Positions 26,801 through 41,800 of a stretch of 64,000 nt of DNA are shown piece after piece; within the stretch, counting starts at the first letter, position 1, and each line of letters begins with the position of its first letter. The notes under the pieces were generated by a model that did no database searches, was not told where the DNA came from, and saw only the letters and a list, made by a program, of their open reading frames with translations. This DNA comes from Auanema rhodensis (Eukaryota > Animalia > Nematoda). Both the position numbers and the translations under genes were made by a program. The stretch covers positions 6,510,001 through 6,574,000 of the forward strand of contig OZ059894.1 of NCBI GenBank assembly GCA_964057225.1, given 5' to 3'.

Positions 26801-29800
26801 CAATTCGTAGATCATTCGCAATGTTCTTGAAAACGTTGAGCATTGTTGTTGCCTAAGAATCAAGGTATGATTCAGTTATGGAACTTCAGAAGTAGCTTAA
26901 TCTTTTAAAAACTTGAAGAAAAACGTAAAACGTATTCCGTTGCGGGGAATCGAACCCCGGCCTTATGGGTGAGAGCCATAAATCCTAACCACTAGACCAC
27001 AACGGATGTGATAGCTAAGCATCTTGAACCTTCAATAATCAGTCATTGCGTTTGCATTATGGCCAATGAAATTCAATTCGTGGATCATTCGCAATGTTCT
27101 TGAAAACGTTGAGCATTGTTGTTGCCTAAGAATCAAGGTATGATTCAGTGCAGCTTAATCTTTTAAAAACTTGAAGAAAAACGTAAAACGTATTCCGTTG
27201 CGGGGAATCGAACCCCGGCCTTATGGGTGAGAGCCATAAATCCTAACCACTAGACCACAACGGATGTGATAGCTAAGCATCTTGAACCTTCAATAATCAG
27301 TCATTGCGTTTGCATTATGGCCAATGAAATTCAATTCGTGGATCATTCGCAATGTTCTTGAAAACGTTGAGCATTGTTGTTGCCTAAGAATCAAGGTATG
27401 ATTCAGTGCAGCTTAATCTTTTAAAAACTTGAAGAAAAACGTAAAACGTATTCCGTTGCGGGGAATCGAACCCCGGCCTTATGGGTGAGAGCCATAAATC
27501 CTAACCACTAGACCACAACGGATGTGATAGCTAAGCATCTTGAACCTTCAATAATCAGTCATTGCGTTTGCATTATGGCCAATGAAATTCAATTCGTGGA
27601 TCATTCGCAATGTTCTTGAAAACGTTGAGCATTGTTGTTGCCTAAGAATCAAGGTATGATTCAGTGCAGCTTAATCTTTTAAAAACTTGAAGAAAAACGT
27701 AAAACGTATTCCGTTGCGGGGAATCGAACCCCGGCCTTATGGGTGAGAGCCATAAATCCTAACCACTAGACCACAACGGATGTGATAGCTAAGCATCTTG
27801 AACCTTCAATAATCAGTCATTGCGTTTGCATTATGGCCAATGAAATTCAATTCGTGGATCATTCGCAATGTTCTTGAAAACGTTGAGCATTGTTGTTGCC
27901 TAAGAATCAAGGTATGATTCAGTGCAGCTTAATCTTTTAAAAACTTGAAGAAAAACGTAAAACGTATTCCGTTGCGGGGAATCGAACCCCGGCCTTATGG
28001 GTGAGAGCCATAAATCCTAACCACTAGACCACAACGGATGTGATAGCTAAGCATCTTGAACCTTCAATAATCAGTCATTGCGTTTGCATTATGGCCAATG
28101 AAATTCAATTCGTGGATCATTCGCAATGTTCTTGAAAACGTTGAGCATTGTTGTTGCCTAAGAATCAAGGTATGATTCAGTGCAGCTTAATCTTTTAAAA
28201 ACTTGAAGAAAAACGTAAAACGTATTCCGTTGCGGGGAATCGAACCCCGGCCTTATGGGTGAGAGCCATAAATCCTAACCACTAGACCACAACGGATGTG
28301 ATAGCTAAGCATCTTGAACCTTCAATAATCAGTCATTGCGTTTGCATTATGGCCAATGAAATTCAATTCGTGGATCATTCGCAATGTTCTTGAAAACGTT
28401 GAGCATTGTTGTTGCCTAAGAATCAAGGTATGATTCAGTGCAGCTTAATCTTTTAAAAACTTGAAGAAAAACGTAAAACGTATTCCGTTGCGGGGAATCG
28501 AACCCCGGCCTTATGGGTGAGAGCCATAAATCCTAACCACTAGACCACAACGGATGTGATAGCTAAGCATCTTGAACCTTCAATAATCAGTCATTGCGTT
28601 TGCATTATGGCCAATGAAATTCAATTCGTGGATCATTCGCAATGTTCTTGAAAACGTTGAGCATTGTTGTTGCCTAAGAATCAAGGTATGATTCAGTGCA
28701 GCTTAATCTTTTAAAAACTTGAAGAAAAACGTAAAACGTATTCCGTTGCGGGGAATCGAACCCCGGCCTTATGGGTGAGAGCCATAAATCCTAACCACTA
28801 GACCACAACGGATGTGATAGCTAAGCATCTTGAACCTTCAATAATCAGTCATTGCGTTTGCATTATGGCCAATGAAATTCAATTCGTGGATCATTCGCAA
28901 TGTTCTTGAAAACGTTGAGCATTGTTGTTGCCTAAGAATCAAGGTATGATTCAGTTATGGAACTTCAGAAGTAGCTTAATCTTTTAAAAACTTGAAGAAA
29001 AACGTAAAACGTATTCCGTTGCGGGGAATCGAACCCCGGCCTTATGGGTGAGAGCCATAAATCCTAACCACTAGACCACAACGGATGTGATAGCTAAGCA
29101 TCTTGAACCTTCAATAATCAGTCATTGCGTTTGCATTATGGCCAATGAAATTCAATTCGTGGATCATTCGCAATGTTCTTGAAAACGTTGAGCATTGTTG
29201 TTGCCTAAGAATCAAGGTATGATTCAGTTATGGAACTTCAGAAGTAGCTTAATCTTTTAAAAACTTGAAGAAAAACGTAAAACGTATTCCGTTGCGGGGA
29301 ATCGAACCCCGGCCTTATGGGTGAGAGCCATAAATCCTAACCACTAGACCACAACGGATGTGATAGCTAAGCATCTTGAACCTTCAATAATCAGTCATTG
29401 CGTTTGCATTATGGCCAATGAAATTCAATTCGTAGATCATTCGCAATGTTCTTGAAAACGTTGAGCATTGTTGTTGCCTAAGAATCAAGGTATGATTCAG
29501 TTATGGAACTTCAGAAGTAGCTTAATCTTTTAAAAACTTGAAGAAAAACGTAAAACGTATTCCGTTGCGGGGAATCGAACCCCGGCCTTATGGGTGAGAG
29601 CCATAAATCCTAACCACTAGACCACAACGGATGTGATAGCTAAGCATCTTGAACCTTCAATAATCAGTCATTGCGTTTGCATTATGGCCAATGAAATTCA
29701 ATTCGTGGATCATTCGCAATGTTCTTGAAAACGTTGAGCATTGTTGTTGCCTAAGAATCAAGGTATGATTCAGTGCAGCTTAATCTTTTAAAAACTTGAA

Positions 29801-32800
29801 GAAAAACGTAAAACGTATTCCGTTGCGGGGAATCGAACCCCGGCCTTATGGGTGAGAGCCATAAATCCTAACCACTAGACCACAACGGATGTGATAGCTA
29901 AGCATCTTGAACCTTCAATAATCAGTCATTGCGTTTGCATTATGGCCAATGAAATTCAATTCGTGGATCATTCGCAATGTTCTTGAAAACGTTGAGCATT
30001 GTTGTTGCCTAAGAATCAAGGTATGATTCAGTTATGGAACTTCAGAAGTAGCTTAATCTTTTAAAAACTTGAAGAAAAACGTAAAACGTATTCCGTTGCG
30101 GGGAATCGAACCCCGGCCTTATGGGTGAGAGCCATAAATCCTAACCACTAGACCACAACGGATGTGATAGCTAAGCATCTTGAACCTTCAATAATCAGTC
30201 ATTGCGTTTGCATTATGGCCAATGAAATTCAATTCGTGGATCATTCGCAATGTTCTTGAAAACGTTGAGCATTGTTGTTGCCTAAGAATCAAGGTATGAT
30301 TCAGTGCAGCTTAATCTTTTAAAAACTTGAAGAAAAACGTAAAACGTATTCCGTTGCGGGGAATCGAACCCCGGCCTTATGGGTGAGAGCCATAAATCCT
30401 AACCACTAGACCACAACGGATGTGATAGCTAAGCATCTTGAACCTTCAATAATCAGTCATTGCGTTTGCATTATGGCCAATGAAATTCAATTCGTGGATC
30501 ATTCGCAATGTTCTTGAAAACGTTGAGCATTGTTGTTGCCTAAGAATCAAGGTATGATTCAGTTATGGAACTTCAGAAGTAGCTTAATCTTTTAAAAACT
30601 TGAAGAAAAACGTAAAACGTATTCCGTTGCGGGGAATCGAACCCCGGCCTTATGGGTGAGAGCCATAAATCCTAACCACTAGACCACAACGGATGTGATA
30701 GCTAAGCATCTTGAACCTTCAATAATCAGTCATTGCGTTTGCATTATGGCCAATGAAATTCAATTCGTGGATCATTCGCGATGTTCTTGAAAACGTTGAG
30801 CATTGTTGTTGCCTAAGAATCAAGGTATGATTCAGTGCAGCTTAATCTTTTAAAAACTTGAAGAAAAACGTAAAACATATTCCGTTGCGGGGAATCGAAC
30901 CCCGGCCTTATGGGTGAGAGCCATAAATCCTAACCACTAGACCACAACGGATGTGATAGCTAAGCATCTTGAACCTTCAATAATCAGTCATTGCGTTTGC
31001 ATTATGGCCAATGAAATTCAATTCGTAGATCATTCGCAATGTTCTTGAAAACGTTGAGCATTGTTGTTGCCTAAGAATCAAGGTATGATTCAGTTATGGA
31101 ACTTCAGAAGTAGCTTAATCTTTTAAAAACTTGAAGAAAAACGTAAAACGTATTCCGTTGCGGGGAATCGAACCCCGGCCTTATGGGTGAGAGCCATAAA
31201 TCCTAACCACTAGACCACAACGGATGTGATAGCTAAGCATCTTGAACCTTCAATAATCAGTCATTGCGTTTGCATTATGGCCAATGAAATTCAATTCGTG
31301 GATCATTCGCAATGTTCTTGAAAACGTTGAGCATTGTTGTTGCCTAAGAATCAAGGTATGATTCAGTTATGGAACTTCAGAAGTAGCTTAATCTTTTAAA
31401 AACTTGAAGAAAAACGTAAAACGTATTCCGTTGCGGGGAATCGAACCCCGGCCTTATGGGTGAGAGCCATAAATCCTAACCACTAGACCACAACGGATGT
31501 GATAGCTAAGCATCTTGAACCTTCAATAATCAGTCATTGCGTTTGCATTATGGCCAATGAAATTCAATTCGTGGATCATTCGCAATGTTCTTGAAAACGT
31601 TGAGCATTGTTGTTGCCTAAGAATCAAGGTATGATTCAGTGCAGCTTAATCTTTTAAAAACTTGAAGAAAAACGTAAAACGTATTCCGTTGCGGGGAATC
31701 GAACCCCGGCCTTATGGGTGAGAGCCATAAATCCTAACCACTAGACCACAACGGATGTGATAGCTAAGCATCTTGAACCTTCAATAATCAGTCATTGCGT
31801 TTGCATTATGGCCAATGAAATTCAATTCGTAGATCATTCGCAATGTTCTTGAAAACGTTGAGCATTGTTGTTGCCTAAGAATCAAGGTATGATTCAGTTA
31901 TGGAACTTCAGAAGTAGCTTAATCTTTTAAAAACTTGAAGAAAAACGTAAAACGTATTCCGTTGCGGGGAATCGAACCCCGGCCTTATGGGTGAGAGCCA
32001 TAAATCCTAACCACTAGACCACAACGGATGTGATAGCTAAGCATCTTGAACCTTCAATAATCAGTCATTGCGTTTGCATTATGGCCAATGAAATTCAATT
32101 CGTGGATCATTCGCAATGTTCTTGAAAACGTTGAGCATTGTTGTTGCCTAAGAATCAAGGTATGATTCAGTTATGGAACTTCAGAAGTAGCTTAATCTTT
32201 TAAAAACTTGAAGAAAAACGTAAAACGTATTCCGTTGCGGGGAATCGAACCCCGGCCTTATGGGTGAGAGCCATAAATCCTAACCACTAGACCACAACGG
32301 ATGTGATAGCTAAGCATCTTGAACCTTCAATAATCAGTCATTGCGTTTGCATTATGGCCAATGAAATTCAATTCGTGGATCATTCGCAATGTTCTTGAAA
32401 ACGTTGAGCATTGTTGTTGCCTAAGAATCAAGGTATGATTCAGTGCAGCTTAATCTTTTAAAAACTTGAAGAAAAACGTAAAACGTATTCCGTTGCGGGG
32501 AATCGAACCCCGGCCTTATGGGTGAGAGCCATAAATCCTAACCACTAGACCACAACGGATGTGATAGCTAAGCATCTTGAACCTTCAATAATCAGTCATT
32601 GCGTTTGCATTATGGCCAATGAAATTCAATTCGTGGATCATTCGCAATGTTCTTGAAAACGTTGAGCATTGTTGTTGCCTAAGAATCAAGGTATGATTCA
32701 GTTATGGAACTTCAGAAGTAGCTTAATCTTTTAAAAACTTGAAGAAAAACGTAAAACGTATTCCGTTGCGGGGAATCGAACCCCGGCCTTATGGGTGAGA

Positions 32801-35800
32801 GCCATAAATCCTAACCACTAGACCACAACGGATGTGATAGCTAAGCATCTTGAACCTTCAATAATCAGTCATTGCGTTTGCATTATGGCCAATGAAATTC
32901 AATTCGTGGATCATTCGCAATGTTCTTGAAAACGTTGAGCATTGTTGTTGCCTAAGAATCAAGGTATGATTCAGTGCAGCTTAATCTTTTAAAAACTTGA
33001 AGAAAAACGTAAAACGTATTCCGTTGCGGGGAATCGAACCCCGGCCTTATGGGTGAGAGCCATAAATCCTAACCACTAGACCACAACGGATGTGATAGCT
33101 AAGCATCTTGAACCTTCAATAATCAGTCATTGCGTTTGCATTATGGCCAATGAAATTCAATTCGTGGATCATTCGCAATGTTCTTGAAAACGTTGAGCAT
33201 TGTTGTTGCCTAAGAATCAAGGTATGATTCAGTGCAGCTTAATCTTTTAAAAACTTGAAGAAAAACGTAAAACGTATTCCGTTGCGGGGAATCGAACCCC
33301 GGCCTTATGGGTGAGAGCCATAAATCCTAACCACTAGACCACAACGGATGTGATAGCTAAGCATCTTGAACCTTCAATAATCAGTCATTGCGTTTGCATT
33401 ATGGCCAATGAAATTCAATTCGTGGATCATTCGCAATGTTCTTGAAAACGTTGAGCATTGTTGTTGCCTAAGAATCAAGGTATGATTCAGTTATGGAACT
33501 TCAGAAGTAGCTTAATCTTTTAAAAACTTGAAGAAAAACGTAAAACGTATTCCGTTGCGGGGAATCGAACCCCGGCCTTATGGGTGAGAGCCATAAATCC
33601 TAACCACTAGACCACAACGGATGTGATAGCTAAGCATCTTGAACCTTCAATAATCAGTCATTGCGTTTGCATTATGGCCAATGAAATTCAATTCGTGGAT
33701 CATTCGCAATGTTCTTGAAAACGTTGAGCATTGTTGTTGCCTAAGAATCAAGGTATGATTCAGTGCAGCTTAATCTTTTAAAAACTTGAAGAAAAACGTA
33801 AAACGTATTCCGTTGCGGGGAATCGAACCCCGGCCTTATGGGTGAGAGCCATAAATCCTAACCACTAGACCACAACGGATGTGATAGCTAAGCATCTTGA
33901 ACCTTCAATAATCAGTCATTGCGTTTGCATTATGGCCAATGAAATTCAATTCGTGGATCATTCGCAATGTTCTTGAAAACGTTGAGCATTGTTGTTGCCT
34001 AAGAATCAAGGTATGATTCAGTTATGGAACTTCAGAAGTAGCTTAATCTTTTAAAAACTTGAAGAAAAACGTAAAACGTATTCCGTTGCGGGGAATCGAA
34101 CCCCGGCCTTATGGGTGAGAGCCATAAATCCTAACCACTAGACCACAACGGATGTGATAGCTAAGCATCTTGAACCTTCAATAATCAGTCATTGCGTTTG
34201 CATTATGGCCAATGAAATTCAATTCGTGGATCATTCGCAATGTTCTTGAAAACGTTGAGCATTGTTGTTGCCTAAGAATCAAGGTATGATTCAGTGCAGC
34301 TTAATCTTTTAAAAACTTGAAGAAAAACGTAAAACGTATTCCGTTGCGGGGAATCGAACCCCGGCCTTATGGGTGAGAGTCATAAATCCTAACCACTAGA
34401 CCACAACGGATGTGATAGCTAAGCATCTTGAACCTTCAATAATCAGTCATTGCGTTTGCATTATGGCCAATGAAATTCAATTCGTGGATCATTCGCAATG
34501 TTCTTGAAAACGTTGAGCATTGTTGTTGCCTAAGAATCAAGGTATGATTCAGTGCAGCTTAATCTTTTAAAAACTTGAAGAAAAACGTAAAACGTATTCC
34601 GTTGCGGGGAATCGAACCCCGGCCTTATGGGTGAGAGCCATAAATCCTAACCACTAGACCACAACGGATGTGATAGCTAAGCATCTTGAACCTTCAATAA
34701 TCAGTCATTGCGTTTGCATTATGGCCAATGAAATTCAATTCGTGGATCATTCGCAATGTTCTTGAAAACGTTGAGCATTGTTGTTGCCTAAGAATCAAGG
34801 TATGATTCAGTTATGGAACTTCAGAAGTAGCTTAATCTTTTAAAAACTTGAAGAAAAACGTAAAACGTATTCCGTTGCGGGGAATCGAACCCCGGCCTTA
34901 TGGGTGAGAGCCATAAATCCTAACCACTAGACCACAACGGATGTGATAGCTAAGCATCTTGAACCTTCAATAATCAGTCATTGCGTTTGCATTATGGCCA
35001 ATGAAATTCAATTCGTGGATCATTCGCAATGTTCTTGAAAACGTTGAGCATTGTTGTTGCCTAAGAATCAAGGTATGATTCAGTTATGGAACTTCAGAAG
35101 TAGCTTAATCTTTTAAAAACTTGAAGAAAAACGTAAAACGTATTCCGTTGCGGGGAATCGAACCCCGGCCTTATGGGTGAGAGCCATAAATCCTAACCAC
35201 TAGACCACAACGGAAGTGATAGCTAAGCATCTTGAACCTTCAATAATCAGTCATTGCGTTTGCATTATGGCCAATGAAATTCAATTCGTGGATCATTCGC
35301 AATGTTCTTGAAAACGTTGAGCATTGTTGTTGCCTAAGAATCAAGGTATGATTCAGTGCAGCTTAATCTTTTAAAAACTTGAAGAAAAACGTAAAACGTA
35401 TTCCGTTGCGGGGAATCGAACCCCGGCCTTATGGGTGAGAGCCATAAATCCTAACCACTAGACCACAACGGATGTGATAGCTAAGCATCTTGAACCTTCA
35501 ATAATCAGTCATTGCGTTTGCATTATGGCCAATGAAATTCAATTCGTGGATCATTCGCAATGTTCTTGAAAACGTTGAGCATTGTTGTTGCCTAAGAATC
35601 AAGGTATGATTCAGTGCAGCTTAATCTTTTAAAAACTTGAAGAAAAACGTAAAACGTATTCCGTTGCGGGGAATCGAACCCCGGCCTTATGGGTGAGAGT
35701 CATAAATCCTAACCACTAGACCACAACGGATGTGATAGCTAAGCATCTTGAACCTTCAATAATCAGTCATTGCGTTTGCATTATGGCCAATGAAATTCAA

Positions 35801-38800
35801 TTCGTGGATCATTCGCAATGTTCTTGAAAACGTTGAGCATTGTTGTTGCCTAAGAATCAAGGTATGATTCAGTGCAGCTTAATCTTTTAAAAACTTGAAG
35901 AAAAACGTAAAACGTATTCCGTTGCGGGGAATCGAACCCCGGCCTTATGGGTGAGAGCCATAAATCCTAACCACTAGACCACAACGGATGTGATAGCTAA
36001 GCATCTTGAACCTTCAATAATCAGTCATTGCGTTTGCATTATGGCCAATGAAATTCAATTCGTGGATCATTCGCAATGTTCTTGAAAACGTTGAGCATTG
36101 TTGTTGCCTAAGAATCAAGGTATGATTCAGTTATGGAACTTCAGAAGTAGCTTAATCTTTTAAAAACTTGAAGAAAAACGTAAAACGTATTCCGTTGCGG
36201 GGAATCGAACCCCGGCCTTATGGGTGAGAGCCATAAATCCTAACCACTAGACCACAACGGAAGTGATAGCTAAGCATCTTGAACCTTCAATAATCAGTCA
36301 TTGCGTTTGCATTATGGCCAATGAAATTCAATTCGTGGATCATTCGCAATGTTCTTGAAAACGTTGAGCATTGTTGTTGCCTAAGAATCAAGGTATGATT
36401 CAGTGCAGCTTAATCTTTTAAAAACTTGAAGAAAAACGTAAAACGTATTCCGTTGCGGGGAATCGAACCCCGGCCTTATGGGTGAGAGCCATAAATCCTA
36501 ACCACTAGACCACAACGGATGTGATAGCTAAGCATCTTGAACCTTCAATAATCAGTCATTGCGTTTGCATTATGGCCAATGAAATTCAATTCGTGGATCA
36601 TTCGCAATGTTCTTGAAAACGTTGAGCATTGTTGTTGCCTAAGAATCAAGGTATGATTCAATGCAGCTTAATCTTTTAAAAACTTGAAGAAAAACGTAAA
36701 ACGTATTCCGTTGCGGGGAATCGAACCCCGGCCTTATGGGTGAGAGCCATAAATCCTAACCACTAGACCACAACGGATGTGATAGCTAAGCATCTTGAAC
36801 CTTCAATAATCAGTCATTGCGTTTGCATTATGGCCAATGAAATTCAATTCGTAGATCATTCGCAATGTTCTTGAAAACGTTGAGTATTGTTGTAGCCTAA
36901 GAATCAAGGTATGATTCAGTTATGGAACTTCAGAAGTAGCTTAATCTTTTAAAAACTTGAAGAAAAACGTAAAACGTATTCCGTTGCGGGGAATCGAACC
37001 CCGGCCTTATGGGTGAGAGCCATAAATCCTAACCACTAGACCACAACGGATGTGATAGCTAAGAATCTTGAACCTTCAATAAGCAGTCATTGCGTTTGCA
37101 TTATGGCCAATGAAATTCAATTCGTAGATCATTCGCAATGTTCTTGAAAACGTTGAGTATTGTTGTAGCCTAAGAATCAAGGTATGATTCAGTTATGGAA
37201 CTTCAGAAGTAGCTTAATTTTCTAAAAACTTGAAGAAAAACGTAAAACGTATTCCGTTGCGGGGAATCGAACCCCGGCCTTATGGGTGAGAGCCATAAAT
37301 CCTAACCACTAGACCACAACGGATGTGATAGCTAAGAATCTTGAACCTTCAATAAGCAGTCATTGCGTTTGCATTATGGCCAATGAAATTCAATTCGTAG
37401 ATCATTCGCAATGTTCTTGAAAACGTTGAGTATTGTTGTAGCCTAAGAATCAAGGTATGATTCAGTTATGGAACTTCAGAAGTAGCTTAATTTTCTAAAA
37501 ACTTGAAGAAAAACGTAAAACGTATTCCGTTGCGGGGAATCAAACCCCGGCCTTATGGGTGAGAGCCATAAATCCTAACCACTAGACCACAACGGATGTG
37601 ATAGCTAAGAATCTTGAACCTTCAATAAGCAGTCATTGCGTTTGCATTATGGCCAATGAAATTCACTTCGTTGATCATTCGCAATGTTCTTGAAAACGTT
37701 GAGCATTGTTGTTGTCCAAGAATCAAGGTATGATTAAGTTATGGAACTTCAGAAGTAGCTTGAGCATTTAAAAACTTGAAGAAAGCGTAAAACGAATTCC
37801 GTTGCGGGGAACCGAACCCCGGCCTTATGGGTGAGAGCCATAAATCCTAACCACTAGACCACAACGGATGTGATAGCTAAGCATCTTGAACCTTCAATAA
37901 TCAGTCATTGCGTTTGCATTATGGCCAATGAAATTCAATTCGTGGATCATTCGCAATGTTCTTGAAAACGTTGAGCATTGTTGTTGCCTAAGAATCAAGG
38001 TATGATTCAGTGCAGCTTAATCTTTTAAAAACTTGAAGAAAAACGTAAAACGTATTCCGTTGCGGGGAATCGAACCCCGGCCTTATGGGTGAGAGCCATA
38101 AATCCTAACCACTAGACCACAACGGATGTGATAGCTAAGCATCTTGAACCTTCAATAATCAGTCATTGCGTTTGCATTATGGCCAATGAAATTCAATTCG
38201 TGGATCATTCGCAATGTTCTTGAAAACGTTGAGCATTGTTGTTGCCTAAGAATCAAGGTATGATTCAGTTATGGAACTTCAGAAGTAGCTTAATCTTTTA
38301 AAAACTTGAAGAAAAACGTAAAACGTATTCCGTTGCGGGGAATCGAACCCCGGCCTTATGGGTGAGAGCCATAAATCCTAACCACTAGACCACAACGGAT
38401 GTGATAGCTAAGCATCTTGAACCTTCAATAATCAGTCATTGCGTTTGCATTATGGCCAATGAAATTCAATTCGTGGATCATTCGCAATGTTCTTGAAAAC
38501 GTTGAGCATTGTTGTTGCCTAAGAATCAAGGTATGATTCAGTGCAGCTTAATCTTTTAAAAACTTGAAGAAAAACGTAAAACGTATTCCGTTGCGGGGAA
38601 TCGAACCCCGGCCTTATGGGTGAGAGCCATAAATCCTAACCACTAGACCACAACGGATGTGATAGCTAAGCATCTTGAACCTTCAATAATCAGTCATTGC
38701 GTTTGCATTATGGCCAATGAAATTCAATTCGTGGATCATTCGCAATGTTCTTGAAAACGTTGAGCATTGTTGTTGCCTAAGAATCAAGGTATGATTCAAT

Positions 38801-41800
38801 GCAGCTTAATCTTTTAAAAACTTGAAGAAAAACGTAAAACGTATTCCGTTGCGGGGAATCGAACCCCGGCCTTATGGGTGAGAGCCATAAATCCTAACCA
38901 CTAGACCACAACGGATGTGATAGCTAAGCATCTTGAACCTTCAATAATCAGTCATTGCGTTTGCATTATGGCCAATGAAATTCAATTCGTAGATCATTCG
39001 CAATGTTCTTGAAAACGTTGAGCATTGTTGTTGCCTAAGAATCAAGGTATGATTCAGTTATGGAACTTCAGAAGTAGCTTAATCTTTTAAAAACTTGAAG
39101 AAAAACGTAAAACGTATTCCGTTGCGGGGAATCGAACCCCGGCCTTATGGGTGAGAGCCATAAATCCTAACCACTAGACCACAACGGATGTGATAGCTAA
39201 GCATCTTGAACCTTCAATAAGCAGTCATTGCGTTTGCATTATGGCCAATGAAATTCAATTCGTAGATCATTCGCAATGTTCTTGAAAACGTTGAGCATTG
39301 TTGTTGCCTAAGAATCAAGGTATGATTCAGTTATGGAACTTCAGAAGTAGCTTAATCTTTTAAAAACTTGAAGAAAAACGTAAAACGTATTCCGTTGCGG
39401 GGAATCGAACCCCGGCCTTATGGGTGAGAGCCATAAATCCTAACCACTAGACCACAACGGATGTGATAGCTAAGCATCTTGAACCTTCAATAAGCAGTCA
39501 TTGCGTTTGCATTATGGCCAATGAAATTCAATTCGTAGATCATTCGCAATGTTCTTGAAAACGTTGAGCATTGTTGTTGCCTAAGAATCAAGGTATGATT
39601 CAGTTATGGAACTTCAGAAGTAGCTTAATCTTTTAAAAACTTGAAGAAAAACGTAAAACGTATTCCGTTGCGGGGAATCGAACCCCGGCCTTATGGGTGA
39701 GAGCCATAAATCCTAACCACTAGACCACAACGGATGTGATAGCTAAGAATCTTGAACCTTCAATAAGCAGTCATTGCGTTTGCATTATGGCCAATGAAAT
39801 TCACTTCGTTGATCATTCGCAATGTTCTTGAAAACGTTGAGCATTGTTGTTGTCCAAGAATCAAGGTATGATTAAGTAATGGAACTTCAGAAGTAGCTTG
39901 AGCATTTAAAAACTTGAAGAAAGCGTAAAACGAATTCCGTTGCGGGGAACCGAACCCCGGCCTTATGGGTGAGAGCCATAAATCCTAACCACTAGACCAC
40001 AACGGATGTGATAGCTAAGCATCTTGAACCTTCAATAATCAGTCATTGCGTTTGCATTATGGCCAATGAAATTCACTTCGTGGATCATTCGCAATGTTCT
40101 TGAAAACGTTGAGTATTGTTGTAGCCTAAGAATCAAGGTATGATTCAGTTATGGAACTTCAGAAGTAGCTTAATTTTCTAAAAACTTGAAGAAAAACGTA
40201 AAACGTATTCCGTTGCGGGGAATCGAACCCCGGCCTTATGGGTGAGAGCCATAAATCCTAACCACTAGACCACAACGGATGTGATAGCTAAGAATCTTGA
40301 ACCTTCAATAAGCAGTCATTGCGTTTGCATTATGGCCAATGAAATTCACTTCGTTGATCATTCGCAATGTTCTTGAAAACGTTGAGCATTGTTGTTGTCC
40401 AAGAATCAAGGTATGATTAAGTAATGGAACTTCAGAAGTAGCTTGAGCATTTAAAAACTTGAAGAAAGCGTAAAACGAATTCCGTTGCGGGGAATCGAAC
40501 CCCGGCCTTATGGGTGAGAGCCATAAATCCTAACCACTAGACCACAACGGATGTGATAGCTAAGCATCTTGAACCTTCAATAATCAGTCATTGCGTTTGC
40601 ATTATGGCCAATGAAATTCACTTCGTGGATCATTCGCAATGTTCTTGAAAACGTTGAGTATTGTTGTTGCCTAAGAATCAAGGTATGATTCCGTTATGGA
40701 ACTTCAGAAGTAGCTTAATCTTTTAAAAACTTGAAGAAAAACGTAAAACGTATTCCGTTGCGGGGAATCGAACCCCGGCCTTATGGGTGAGAGCCATAAA
40801 TCCTAACCACTAGACCACAACGGATGTGATAGCTAAGCATCTTGAACCTTCAATAATCAGTCATTGCGTTTGCATTTTGGCCAATGAAATTCAATTCGTA
40901 GATCATTCGCAATGTTCTTGAAAACGTTGAGCATTGTTGTTGCCTAAGAATCAAGGTATGATTCAGTTATGGAACTTCAGAAGTAGCTTAATCTTTTAAA
41001 AACTTGAAGAAAAACGTAAAACGTATTCCGTTGCGGGGAATCGAACCCCGGCCTTATGGGTGAGAGCCATAAATCCTAACCACTAGACCACAACGGATGT
41101 GATAGCTAAGCATCTTGAACCTTCAATAATCAGTCATTGCGTTTGCATTATGGCCAATGAAATTCACTTCGTGGATCATTCGCAATGTTCTTGAAAACGT
41201 TGAGTATTGTTGTTGCCTAAGAATCAAGGTATGATTCAGTTATGGAACTTCAGAAGTAGCTTAATCTTTTAAAAACTTGAAGAAAAACGTAAAACGTATT
41301 CCGTTGCGGGGAATCGAACCCCGGCCTTATGGGTGAGAGCCATAAATCCTAACCACTAGACCACAACGGATGTGATAGCTAAGCATCTTGAACCTTCAAT
41401 AATCAGTCATTGCGTTTGCATTATGGCCAATGAAATTCAATTCGTGGATCATTCGCAATGTTCTTGAAAACGTTGAGTATTGTTGTTGCCTAAGAATCAA
41501 GGTATGATTCCGTTATGGAACTTCAGAAGTAGCTTAATCTTTTAAAAACTTGAAGAAAAACGTAAAACGTATTCCGTTGCGGGGAATCGAACCCCGGCCT
41601 TATGGGTGAGAGCCATAAATCCTAACCACTAGACCACAACGGATGTGATAGCTAAGCATCTTGAACCTTCAATAATCAGTCATTGCGTTTGCATTATGGC
41701 CAATGAAATTCAATTCGTGGATCATTCGCAATGTTCTTGAAAACGTTGAGCATTGTTGTTGCCTAAGAATCAAGGTATGATTCAGTGCAGCTTAATCTTT

